NCBI GenBank assembly: GCA_050699595.1
Contig: JBOHFI010000028.1
Span: 2,427 to 66,426 of the forward strand
DNA length: 64,000 nt
Source: Pseudonocardiaceae bacterium
GTDB lineage: Bacteria; Actinomycetota; Actinomycetes; Mycobacteriales; Pseudonocardiaceae
Reading direction: 5' to 3'
Position 1 is the stretch's first letter; every line of letters starts with the position of its first letter. The notes beneath the pieces are model-generated. The model did no database searches. It was not told the origin of the DNA and saw only the letters and a list, made by a program, of their open reading frames with translations. A program made the position numbers and the translations under genes. Below, one piece after another: positions 43,799-52,720 of the stretch.

Positions 43799-45835
43799 TT
43801 GACCACGACCAATGACGGAGCGGAGCGTAAGCGAGACCAACTGGATGCCGAACGGTGTCGGTTGCGGTATGCGCGGGAATGCCTGACGCGCAACCGTGAG
43901 GAAATGCTTCGCATGGCCGAGTCGATGGTAGCACGTGGCGACGACGAGGAGATGATCGCCTGGCTGTATCGTAGGGCTTTCCAACTGGAAGACCGTGACG
44001 ATGCGCCGCTGTTCTTCGGTCGGATTGACGGCCCTTTGCCCGACCCCGTCTACATCGGACGTCGCTACGTCGCGGACGGCGACAACGAGCCAGCGGTGAT
44101 CGACTGGCGCACCGAGATGGCAACACGATTCTATCGGGCCACGGCCGCTCAGCCCATGAAAGTCACGCGCCGCCGTCGGTACGGCTTCTCCGACGAGCAG
44201 GAGATGACCAGCTTCGACGACGAGCAGCTTGCGGACATGGCCGCAGACGCAGGCCTGAGTGTTTTTGTACGTCAGGAGATCGAACTGGCCCACTACGGGC
44301 CGATGCGAGACATCGTGGCAACAATCCAACCCGACCAGGACCACATTGTCCGGCTCGGCGCGGGTGACTCCCTGGTTGTGCAGGGTGGACCCGGCACAGG
44401 CAAGACCGCTGTCGGGCTACACCGTGCGGCGTTCCTGTTGTTCGAGTACCGCCAGGTGCGACAACAGGGTGTACTCGTGGTAGGGCCCAACGACACATTC
44501 GTGCACCACATCTCCCGTGTGCTCCCTACTTTGGGGGAAATCGAGTGCAAACACGTGTCGCTAGCCGGGCTGGTCGGGGCAGACCGTGCCCCGACAGAGG
44601 ACCCGGACGTGGCCAAGTTGAAAGGCGACGCGCGATTGGCGACCGTGCTCGGGCGCGCGCTTTGGTCGACGGTGGGTCGAGCGCATGATGACTTTGTCGT
44701 CACCAACACCAGCCCCTATATCCGGGTCTACCCGGAAGAACTCGTCCGCCTTTCCAGGGACCTCATCGCAGACCGCAAGGATTTCGGTTCTGCCCGGGAG
44801 CTCATGCGGGAGCGGGTTGCCAATCGGGTGCGCCGCAAGCTGGAACTGCGAGGCCGCTCCCTCAGCGATACCGCGACCCGCAAGCTCGCGCGCGCGCAAC
44901 AGACCCGTGTGCTGGTGGAGTCGATCTGGCCGGTGCTCAAGCCGCGCGATGTGCTGTTCCGGTTGTACTCCGATGCGAGGCACCTCGCCCGGTGCGCCAA
45001 GGGAGTGCTCGACGAACAGGAACAGCAGGCGCTGCAGTGGGCCGAGCCACCCGCAACCGCCGCCAAAGCGCAGTGGACTGCGGCCGATCATGTTCTCCTC
45101 GACGAACTGGCCTCACTCCTAGACGCCCAGCCCCGATTCGGTCACGTCGTACTCGACGAGGCTCAGGACCTCTCCGCCATGCAGTTGCGCGCGGTGGGTC
45201 GCCGCTGCCGGGGCACAGCTACTATTCTTGGCGACCTCGCGCAGCAGACGACACCGTGGGGGCTACCTTCCTGGCACGCTGTCCTCGGCGTGTTGGGAAG
45301 GCCTGGCGAGGTCGTTACTCTCCACACCAGCTACCGTGTACCACAGCAGATTCTTGATATTGCCAACCGGCTGCTCGGCGAGATCGCCCCGGACCTGCCC
45401 CCCACCACCTCTGCCCGCTCGGCAGCGGATGCAGTCGTGCTGATCGCCGCGCCGTTATCCAGCGGAAGTGGCCCGATCGCAGTTGCACGCATCATCGCCG
45501 GGATAGTTCGAACGCTGCCAGTGGAGAGGGGCAGCGTTGGAGTTATCGTTGCCGACCCCGACGCCGAGCAGCTGCGCAGAGCCCTGGGCGCCGAGGGTAT
45601 CGAGCCTGTAAACGCTGACGAGGTGGATCGCGATAGGCGGCTGGCTCTAGTTCCTGTCGGCACGGTCAAGGGAATGGAATTCGACAATGTGCTGGTGGTC
45701 GACCCTCACCGTGTGATCGAGATGGGGGAAACCGGCATGCGACTGCTTTACGTCGCTCTGACCCGAGCAATATCGCAGCTCACAATTATACATACCGCCG
45801 CGTTGCCCGAGGTACTCGGTCTCGCTTCTGTGTGA
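43799..45835 (+). CDS. UvrD-like superfamily-1 helicase of the HelD type
   Basis: TTG 43799 after ggagg. N-terminal coiled-coil (AERKRDQLDAERCRLRYARECL...), motif I QGGPGTGKTAVGLHR, motif II VVLDEAQDLS and C-terminal KGMEFDNVLVVDPH...LLYVALTRA. Confidence 0.8.
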   Translation: MTTTNDGAERKRDQLDAERCRLRYARECLTRNREEMLRMAESMVARGDDEEMIAWLYRRAFQLEDRDDAPLFFGRIDGPLPDPVYIGRRYVADGDNEPAVIDWRTEMATRFYRATAAQPMKVTRRRRYGFSDEQEMTSFDDEQLADMAADAGLSVFVRQEIELAHYGPMRDIVATIQPDQDHIVRLGAGDSLVVQGGPGTGKTAVGLHRAAFLLFEYRQVRQQGVLVVGPNDTFVHHISRVLPTLGEIECKHVSLAGLVGADRAPTEDPDVAKLKGDARLATVLGRALWSTVGRAHDDFVVTNTSPYIRVYPEELVRLSRDLIADRKDFGSARELMRERVANRVRRKLELRGRSLSDTATRKLARAQQTRVLVESIWPVLKPRDVLFRLYSDARHLARCAKGVLDEQEQQALQWAEPPATAAKAQWTAADHVLLDELASLLDAQPRFGHVVLDEAQDLSAMQLRAVGRRCRGTATILGDLAQQTTPWGLPSWHAVLGVLGRPGEVVTLHTSYRVPQQILDIANRLLGEIAPDLPPTTSARSAADAVVLIAAPLSSGSGPIAVARIIAGIVRTLPVERGSVGVIVADPDAEQLRRALGAEGIEPVNADEVDRDRRLALVPVGTVKGMEFDNVLVVDPHRVIEMGETGMRLLYVALTRAISQLTIIHTAALPEVLGLASV

Positions 45836-45854
45836 ACGCCCTCGCCCGCCCTCG

Positions 45855-45916
45855 CTCGCCGATCAGCTGGGCTGCGTCGTCGGACCGCTGCGCGACCACT
45901 TCGCCGAGTAGGCCCA
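45855..45916 (+). repeat. 62-nt direct repeat copy 2: displaced deacetylase 3' end
   Basis: 61/62 identical to 37877-37938. Confidence 0.9.
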
Positions 45917-45933
45917 ATCCAGGAGAGCGCGGT

Positions 45934-47061
45934 TCAGGCCGGTCGTGAATCCTGGCCGGGAACGGCATGGTGACCGCGTTCGGCGAGCAGAGTCAGCACG
46001 ACCGAGGCGGTGTCCGGGTTGCGCACCACGTGGCTGGGATCGCCCCGGTGCAGCGCCTGTTGCTTGATCGCGGTGATCAACCCGGCCTCGTCCCTCGGCC
46101 AGGGCGCCAGCCCGGCTTCGTCGAGGACCTCGGAGTTGGCTATCCCGTGTCCCGGAATCGGGCGGTAGGTCACCGCGGGCAGTCCGGCGGTCAAGGCCTC
46201 GGTCAGGGACAGACCGCCCGCGTTGTGCACCAGCACGTCGACGGCCGCCATCAGCTCCGGGACGTCGTCGCGCCAGCCGAGGGCGACCACGCCGGGCTGG
46301 GCCGACAACTGTTTGCGGAGCCGCTCGTTGCGCCCGCAGAGCACCACCACCTCCGCGACGCCCGACGAGCTGATGGTGTGAACCACACGGGGTACGTCAC
46401 CCATGCCGAGCGACCCCGTCGCCAAGAGCACCACCAGGCCCTCCGGTGACAGGCCCAGCTCGGCGCGCAACCGATGGCGATGGGCAGGGTCGGGCTGATG
46501 GGCGAACCGGGATGACACCAGCCCGCCGACGGCCCGCATGGGTGTGTGGTAGACCAGGTGTCCCATCCGCGCCGTGGCCTCGGTCACCGTCACATGGTGG
46601 TCGACGCTGTGGTGCACCCACAGCCGGTGCACCGCCGGGTCGGTGAGGAAGGTCACCAGGGTCGCGTCCACCGACCCGGCTTCCTTGAGCTGGCCCAGCG
46701 TCTGGCTGGCCAACATGTAGGTGGACACCACGACGTCGTGATCGCCGACCCAGCGCAGCACGTGACGCTGCGCCATCCGGCACAGCCCCAGGGCGACCCG
46801 CTGCACCCAACCGGCGTGCTCCAGATGGGCGAACATCCAGTCGAAGAACGCCGGCGCATAGCCGACGCTCAACCGGTAGCCATCCCGCAGCATGTACCGG
46901 AATATCCGCGGCAGCGCGTCCAGGTAGTCCCGGCGGTCCGCCGGGATGCCGGACTTGGCCAGCCGACTGATGAGCTCGTCGGCGGCGCCGTCGTGACCTG
47001 CGCCGACGCTGCCCGAGATGACCAGCACCCGTGTCGCCGTGCTCGTTGCCCGTCCGCCCAT
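45934..47061 (-). CDS. glycosyltransferase (GT28 / MGDG-synthase-like)
   Basis: VLVISGSVGAGHDGAADELISRL... and C-terminal VLVHNAGGLSLTEALTAGLP. Confidence 0.8.
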   Translation of the reverse strand: MGGRATSTATRVLVISGSVGAGHDGAADELISRLAKSGIPADRRDYLDALPRIFRYMLRDGYRLSVGYAPAFFDWMFAHLEHAGWVQRVALGLCRMAQRHVLRWVGDHDVVVSTYMLASQTLGQLKEAGSVDATLVTFLTDPAVHRLWVHHSVDHHVTVTEATARMGHLVYHTPMRAVGGLVSSRFAHQPDPAHRHRLRAELGLSPEGLVVLLATGSLGMGDVPRVVHTISSSGVAEVVVLCGRNERLRKQLSAQPGVVALGWRDDVPELMAAVDVLVHNAGGLSLTEALTAGLPAVTYRPIPGHGIANSEVLDEAGLAPWPRDEAGLITAIKQQALHRGDPSHVVRNPDTASVVLTLLAERGHHAVPGQDSRPA

Positions 47062-47206
47062 TGGTCTCTACCCATCCCACGCGCCGTCCGGCTCTGTCAG
47101 GACTGTCTCCTACAGCGTGTAAGAGACTAGCTGATATGGCGTGGTGTGACGATCCCCCCTGAAAGCCACACTCAGAGTGAGACGGAAAGGGCGGCGCAGC
47201 TGCCCG

Positions 47207-48109
47207 TCAGGTCGGCCACAACCAGTAGATGAGCTGGTAGAACGCGATAGTGGCCTGTACAGCGGCGATCGTGGTGGCCACACCCAGCGCCAGCACGCTG
47301 CTGGGTACCAAGGGCTCGGGCCGGGGCGGGTCGGCTCGCAACGCGGCGACCCGAGCCGACACCCCGCATCCGGCGAAGGGCAACGCGGCTGGCCGCAGCG
47401 GCACCTGACCGGCGACCTCGCCGGCCAACGCCGCCTTGGTCAGCGCTCGAGCGACCAGCTCCCGGCTGCCGGTCACCGCCGCGGCGTGCTCATCGGCGCT
47501 GCGCTCGACGAGGAAAGCCACCGCCTCCCGCACCGGAACCAGCACCGGATTGACCGCGGCGCAGATCTCGGTCGCGGCCCGGAGCCAGTGATGCCTGCTC
47601 TGCAGGTGCGCCCGCTCGTGAGCCAGTACAACCCGTCGCTCATCACCATCCAGTACCGACAACAGACCGCGGGTGACCAGGATTCGGCCTGGACGGCCCG
47701 GTACGGCGAAGGCGTGCGGCGCGTCCAACGCCACCACAGCCAGCTCACCGGCCCCGCATGAGCTGCACACCGCCCGCAGCTCCCGGGTCGTGGCCCGGCG
47801 GGCCCGCAGGACCTTCGCCACCCGGATCACGCCGACGATCAGCAGGATCACGGCGGTGATCCCGATCAGCTTGGGCACCGGATCCTGCAGCTCCACCCCA
47901 CGCTCGAGGGCTTCATCGGCGACCAGTGAGGTACAGCCCAGCAGAGTGGCCGCCAGCAGGACCAGACCCCAGGTCGCCGCCGCCGCGCACAGCATGGCGG
48001 CGACCACGAACGCAGCGGCTCGCGTCGGCGCGATCCGGGCGACGACGATCCGGCTGATCGCCGCCAGCAGCAGCGACAGCGCCGCCGGCACGTACACGCT
48101 GATCGTCAT
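47207..48109 (-). CDS. M56-family membrane metallopeptidase (BlaR1/MecR1-like sensor)
   Basis: Multiple TM helices and HEXXH (VLAHERAHLQSRHH). Its start overlaps the BlaI-like gene stop. Confidence 0.8.
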   Translation of the reverse strand: MTISVYVPAALSLLLAAISRIVVARIAPTRAAAFVVAAMLCAAAATWGLVLLAATLLGCTSLVADEALERGVELQDPVPKLIGITAVILLIVGVIRVAKVLRARRATTRELRAVCSSCGAGELAVVALDAPHAFAVPGRPGRILVTRGLLSVLDGDERRVVLAHERAHLQSRHHWLRAATEICAAVNPVLVPVREAVAFLVERSADEHAAAVTGSRELVARALTKAALAGEVAGQVPLRPAALPFAGCGVSARVAALRADPPRPEPLVPSSVLALGVATTIAAVQATIAFYQLIYWLWPT

Positions 48110-48462
48110 GGGCGCCGCCGCAGCATCGCCCGCAGCAATCGCGCATCCTCCACCGACAACGAGGTGGCGAACCGCTGCAGCACGGCCTGCCGATCCCGGC
48201 CGCGGCTCAGCAACGCCTGCATCTGCTCGGCGGCGAGCTCTTCGGCACCCTTGACCGGGAAATACTCGTGGCGACGGCCGTCAGCCACCCGGCCGATCAG
48301 CCCCTTCTCATACAACCGGACCAAGATGGTCTGCACGGTGTTATAGGCCAGGCCATCACCGACCGCCTCCCGGACCTGCGCCGCCGTGAGTGGCCCGTCG
48401 GACGTCCACAACGCGGCCAGCACTTCGGCCTCGAGCTCGCCCGCCGCCCGCCGCGATGGCAT
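48106..48462 (-). CDS. BlaI/MecI/CopY-family transcriptional repressor
   Basis: GELEAEVLAALWTSDGPLTAAQVREAV..GLAYNTVQTILVRLYEKGLI.R....RRHEYFP. Confidence 0.85.
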   Translation of the reverse strand: MPSRRAAGELEAEVLAALWTSDGPLTAAQVREAVGDGLAYNTVQTILVRLYEKGLIGRVADGRRHEYFPVKGAEELAAEQMQALLSRGRDRQAVLQRFATSLSVEDARLLRAMLRRRP

Positions 48463-48550
48463 CTGACCATCCTAACCAGCCGACGCCGCACTCAGTCACG
48501 CGAGCCCGTGGATATGGTGATACCGACATCCCACATCCCGGAGAGTCTCG

Positions 48551-49939
48551 ATGACCCGACTGAGCCAGTCCGTTGACCGCGTGACCGCCCTGCTCACGGG
48601 CGCGGACCTCGCGGTCGAAGCCGCCGTGCGCGATCTGCTGACCGAGACCATGCAGCGCCGCGGCCTGGACCTGTCGGACCTGCGCCCGGCCGAGCAGGCC
48701 GCCCTGATCGCCCCCCGGTCCCAGGAGCTTGCGCCATCCGTCGATGCGCTGGCCGAGCGGATCATCACGGCCGAGCAGAAGGGCCGCCGGTTCATCGCCA
48801 AGTTCGGTATCGACCCCACCGGGCATGAGGTGCACCTGGGGCACACGGTGCCGATGCTCATCCTCAGCCGTTTCCAGAGGATGGGCCACGAGGTGGTGTT
48901 CATCGTGGGGGACCTGACCGCGAAGATCGGCGACCCGTCCGGCCGCTCCGATGATCGCCCGGCGCTGACTGATGAGGATATCGCCCGCAACCTCGTCACC
49001 TACCGTGAGCAGGTCACCCCGTTCTTCGACTTCGAGCGTGCCCAGTTCCGGCACAACGGTGACTGGTTGCGGCAGATCACGTTGCCGGAGATCATCGAGA
49101 TCACCGCGAAGATCCCGGTGTCCATGCCGCTGCAACGCGAGGACTTCCGCAAGCGCCTCGATGCTGGGCAGGGCCTGTCGCTGGCCGAGTTGATGTACTC
49201 GGTCGTGATGGCGTTGGACTCGGTGGAGACCCACTGCGACCTGGAGGTCGGCGGGATCGACCAGTTCCTCAACATGCAGATGTGCCGCAAGGTGATGGAC
49301 ATCTGCGGGCAGACGCCGGAGTTGGTGGTCGCCACCTCGCTCATCGAGGGCACGGACGGCACCGGGGCCAAGATGAGCAAGTCGAGGGGCAACTACGTGC
49401 CGCTCACCGCTTCGGCGGGCGAGATGTTCGGCAAGATCATGTCCGTGCCCGATCGCCTGGTGGAGCAGTACTTCCGGGCGCTGTCGGAGTGGTGGGATTC
49501 CGAACTCGCCGTCACCGCTGAGCGAGTGCGGGCCGGGTCGCTGCACCCGATGGACGTGAAGAAGATCCTGGCCGGGGAGGTCACCGCCGCCATCCACGGT
49601 GTGGACGCGGCGATGCAGGCCCGCGAGGAGTTCGTGGCCCGCTTCTCCCAGCGCACCTTCGCCGCGGCCGGAGACCTGCCCACCATCAGTGATCTCGGTC
49701 AGTCGGTCATCGACGCGGTCAAAGCCCTGGGCTTCGCCACGAGCAACGGCGACGTCCGTCGCGTCGCCGAACAGAACGGCCTGCGTCTGGTGGTCGAGTC
49801 CGAGGGCGGTCAGAAGCAGGTGACGCTCACCGCTGAGGAGGCCCGCGAGCCGTTGGTCGTCGTGGTCAAGGACAAGCTCGAGGGCCAGTCCGGCGACTTC
49901 TACCTCAAGGTCGGCCGCAAACTCGCCCGCATCACCTGA
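48551..49939 (+). CDS. tyrS: tyrosine--tRNA ligase, type 2 (TyrZ-like) with ~70-aa N-terminal extension
   Basis: HIGH region GIDPTGHEVHLGHTVP, IVGDLTAKIGDPSGRS, GGIDQFLN, KMSKS, and a C-terminal S4-like domain. Confidence 0.8.
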   Translation: MTRLSQSVDRVTALLTGADLAVEAAVRDLLTETMQRRGLDLSDLRPAEQAALIAPRSQELAPSVDALAERIITAEQKGRRFIAKFGIDPTGHEVHLGHTVPMLILSRFQRMGHEVVFIVGDLTAKIGDPSGRSDDRPALTDEDIARNLVTYREQVTPFFDFERAQFRHNGDWLRQITLPEIIEITAKIPVSMPLQREDFRKRLDAGQGLSLAELMYSVVMALDSVETHCDLEVGGIDQFLNMQMCRKVMDICGQTPELVVATSLIEGTDGTGAKMSKSRGNYVPLTASAGEMFGKIMSVPDRLVEQYFRALSEWWDSELAVTAERVRAGSLHPMDVKKILAGEVTAAIHGVDAAMQAREEFVARFSQRTFAAAGDLPTISDLGQSVIDAVKALGFATSNGDVRRVAEQNGLRLVVESEGGQKQVTLTAEEAREPLVVVVKDKLEGQSGDFYLKVGRKLARIT

Positions 49940-50016
49940 CGATGCTGGCCGCACACGGATGAACACCAGCCAGGCTGATGCCTGTTATTCGTGACTCGCC
50001 TCGACGCCGTCACTGG

Positions 50017-51462
50017 TCATGTGGTGATGTCCTCGTCGTCCTGGGCGCTGTGCAGAAAGCTGGTGATCTCCTCGTCCAATTCCATCAGGCTCACCGAGTG
50101 CAGTGTCCGCATCTGCCGCTGTAGCGACTGAATCCGAAGGACTGTTCCTCTGGAGCTGACCCGACCTGCCGTGTTCAGCGCATCGCGGGTCAACGCTGCG
50201 GCGTGTTCGTGGTCGCCTGCGACCAGGTAGGCGGTGGCGAGATCGGTCTGCACGAGACAGCGGCTTCGCACGCGCCACGGCTCGTAGCTGTCCAACGTGC
50301 GGGTCATCAGCAGAGCGGCGTGTGCCGGCTCGCCGCTGTCCCGGAGTGCTCGGCCCAGGTCAGCGGCTAGTTCGGCTTCGGTGTAGAAGCTCAGCCACGC
50401 TGGCTCCCCATCAGAGCGACACCGTTCGTAGTGCCGCTCGGCTTCTAGTACCGCGGTTCGAGTGGCGCTGGCGTCCCGGCCCAGCGCGTGTGCCCGCGCT
50501 TCCACAGCACTGAGTACGGCCGCCAAGGCCGGGGTCGCCTTCCCGGCCACCGCCTTCCCCGCTCGTGCCAGCGCTACCGCCTGGTGGGTGCAGTGCTGGC
50601 CGGTCGCGTTCTTGATCGTCAAACGGCTCATGGCGCACAGCATGTAACCCGCGAACAGCCGGTTGCCCGCGTTCATCGCCAGGTTGAGGGCCTGGACGTA
50701 GTAGCGCTGCGCCAGGGCGTGACGGCCCACGTCGACGGCCGTGAACCCCGCCAGCCGAGTGGCCTGTGCCACTGCTGTCAGCAGCGCCCTGCCGGTCGAA
50801 TCCGAGTAGCAACCGTGTAACAGCGTGGTCGCCTCGTCGTGCAGTAGCCGCACGACTCGTACTCGAATTCGGCCCGATCCGTAACGGAAGTCCATCCGCC
50901 GCAGCTGCGCAACGCTGTCGGTCAGGATCTCCACATCGGTCATGCCGATACGCCTACTGCCCGCATCCCTGGCCGCGTCGGCCACCGGCGGCGCGGCCAG
51001 GGCGAGCAGCGCCGGTTCGGCGAAGGCCGCTGCGGTGAACGTAATCCCCGGCAGGAGAACCCGTCGCTTCACGTCCGCTCCCGACAATTCGACGATCGTG
51101 TGCAGCGTGCTGTCCAGTCTCCCCGCATACCGCAGGGCGTCATCCGCCGGATGACCGTCGATCACCACCGGCAGCACCAGACCACCCTGCGACGACACAG
51201 GATCACTGGACTCGCCGGACCCCACCACGGCCACCAGGTCACCACCGCGCACCGATGGCGGCAATCGCACTAGCTCGATCAACCTGTCTCGTGAGACGGA
51301 CAGCACGCGGGCGATCTTCGGCCAGAGGTACGGCAACGGCTCGTGGTCTCCCGCCTCCCAGCGCACCACAGTGGACCGATCCACCCCCACCTCCTCCGCG
51401 AACGACTCCTGCGTGTACCCCACCGCTTTGCGAGCATGGACCAGACCCTCCCGTTTCCCCAT
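50017..51462 (-). CDS. XRE-family HTH regulator with TPR-like C-terminal domain
   Basis: ATG 51462. MGKREGLVHARKAVGYTQESFAEEVGVDRSTVVRWEAG, then about 400 aa of helical repeats. Confidence 0.75.
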   Translation of the reverse strand: MGKREGLVHARKAVGYTQESFAEEVGVDRSTVVRWEAGDHEPLPYLWPKIARVLSVSRDRLIELVRLPPSVRGGDLVAVVGSGESSDPVSSQGGLVLPVVIDGHPADDALRYAGRLDSTLHTIVELSGADVKRRVLLPGITFTAAAFAEPALLALAAPPVADAARDAGSRRIGMTDVEILTDSVAQLRRMDFRYGSGRIRVRVVRLLHDEATTLLHGCYSDSTGRALLTAVAQATRLAGFTAVDVGRHALAQRYYVQALNLAMNAGNRLFAGYMLCAMSRLTIKNATGQHCTHQAVALARAGKAVAGKATPALAAVLSAVEARAHALGRDASATRTAVLEAERHYERCRSDGEPAWLSFYTEAELAADLGRALRDSGEPAHAALLMTRTLDSYEPWRVRSRCLVQTDLATAYLVAGDHEHAAALTRDALNTAGRVSSRGTVLRIQSLQRQMRTLHSVSLMELDEEITSFLHSAQDDEDITT

Positions 51463-51609
51463 TGCGGCATGCTCCCACACCGGGGTGAGCCAACTCACCG
51501 CAACCAAGGAGAGGGGTTCGCCAGCCGCAACTGGCGCATTCTGACAGCTCGACAGTGCCGTCCCGGAAGAGATTTCAGCGTGGGCCGCGAGGATGCGTCG
51601 TAGAGCCGA

Positions 51610-52656
51610 TCAGAGGAAGAACGAGTGCTCCGGCTGGGGCAATACCGCACGCAGATCGTCGGCCCACCGCTCTACGTCGGCTAGGCGCCCTGCCTCCCGG
51701 AGCCGCTCCACCTCGCGGAAGACTCGGTTGAGGTGGTGGCCGCGGCCGTTGCCGGGGGGATCGCCGTACAGGTCCGAGCACGGCAGAAGGTCACCACTGG
51801 GCGTCACCTCGCCGAACCAGCCGGCGGCCAGGCAGCCACGGTCGTCAGGAGGAAGCGGTTCCACTTCGGCCAACGACGCGTCTGGGGCAACCACGTCGAC
51901 GCCAGCCTCGGCCAGCAGCCTGCGAGCTTGGGAGGTGGGGCAAGTGTGAGCGAGGAACGCGGCCCGTACGTCATCGTCGGTGTCGATCTGTGCGCCGTTC
52001 AGTGGGAACGCCGGGCGCAGTATCAGGTAGTCGACCGCTCCCGCGCCATGCCGCTTGCAAAGCCCGGACACGAACTCCGCGACCGCCTCGATGTCATCGA
52101 CATTGTTGCGATCGACCACGACTGACACGCCAAGGAGCGTTCGGGACCGGCGTTGTACGCGCAGCTCAGCCAATATCTCAAGGTTGTGCGACACACGACG
52201 TTGGTACGGCATCCGCAGGTCGTAGTCGTGGTGACGACGGTGTACGTCAGGTGTCACCGCGTTGAGACTGACCCGGACGAACACGAGCTCGGCGTCGAAC
52301 AGCGTCGCGGTCTGCTCGGCGTTGAATAGGCTGCCGTTGGTGAACACACACTGATTCACTCCACGCTTGTGCGCGCGGGTGACGGCGGAGTAGAGCAGCG
52401 GATTCATGGTGGGCTCCCCGCCCACCCACATGATCTCCACGCGGTGTTCAGCGAGGTGATCGATCACGGCGTCGATTCGGGATCGCCGCATCACTGTCAG
52501 CGGCGACGACCGGGGGTGGTGGAAGACGTCTGTGTCCGACCATTCCTCCCGTGCGCTGCGGCAGCTACACCAGGGACACGCGAAGTTGCACAGGAAGGTC
52601 GGGCTCACCTCGACGTGCAGCGGCAGCACCTCGTGATAGCGCCCGGCGAGCACCAA
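51610..52656 (-). CDS. radical SAM enzyme, subfamily not recognised
   Basis: CNFACPWC (CxxxCxxC), IMWVGGEPTMNP, VFTNGSLF. The start is set to TTG 52656 or GTG 52653 because the longer ORF (to 53022) runs through serS. Confidence 0.75.
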   Translation of the reverse strand: MVLAGRYHEVLPLHVEVSPTFLCNFACPWCSCRSAREEWSDTDVFHHPRSSPLTVMRRSRIDAVIDHLAEHRVEIMWVGGEPTMNPLLYSAVTRAHKRGVNQCVFTNGSLFNAEQTATLFDAELVFVRVSLNAVTPDVHRRHHDYDLRMPYQRRVSHNLEILAELRVQRRSRTLLGVSVVVDRNNVDDIEAVAEFVSGLCKRHGAGAVDYLILRPAFPLNGAQIDTDDDVRAAFLAHTCPTSQARRLLAEAGVDVVAPDASLAEVEPLPPDDRGCLAAGWFGEVTPSGDLLPCSDLYGDPPGNGRGHHLNRVFREVERLREAGRLADVERWADDLRAVLPQPEHSFFL

Positions 52657-52720
52657 GCGGACGCGGTCGCCCCAGTGACCGGGCTGCTCAGGGAGGGGCC
52701 ACGTGGACCGCTCCTGGATC

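Larger units (their letters stand above)
37939..45854. mobile_element. 7.9-kb genomic island inserted at the 3' end of the deacetylase gene
   Basis: Flanked by the 62-nt repeat and has patchy lower GC. It separates the deacetylase from the convergent glycosyltransferase, which otherwise lies 17 nt beyond the repeat. It contains a transposase fragment but no intact recombinase. Confidence 0.7.

Noticed and set aside
48463-48550. T-box or other leader riboswitch upstream of tyrS, and 54023-54108 upstream of serS
   Set aside because: The leaders are only about 85 nt, too short for a T-box. I see no specifier-loop or T-box consensus, and the serS leader is instead the rSAM-paralogue stump.
48356-49966. 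536-aa minus-strand ORF opposite tyrS
   Set aside because: The sense strand encodes HIGH/KMSKS motifs. The antisense translation has no domain and an extreme composition.
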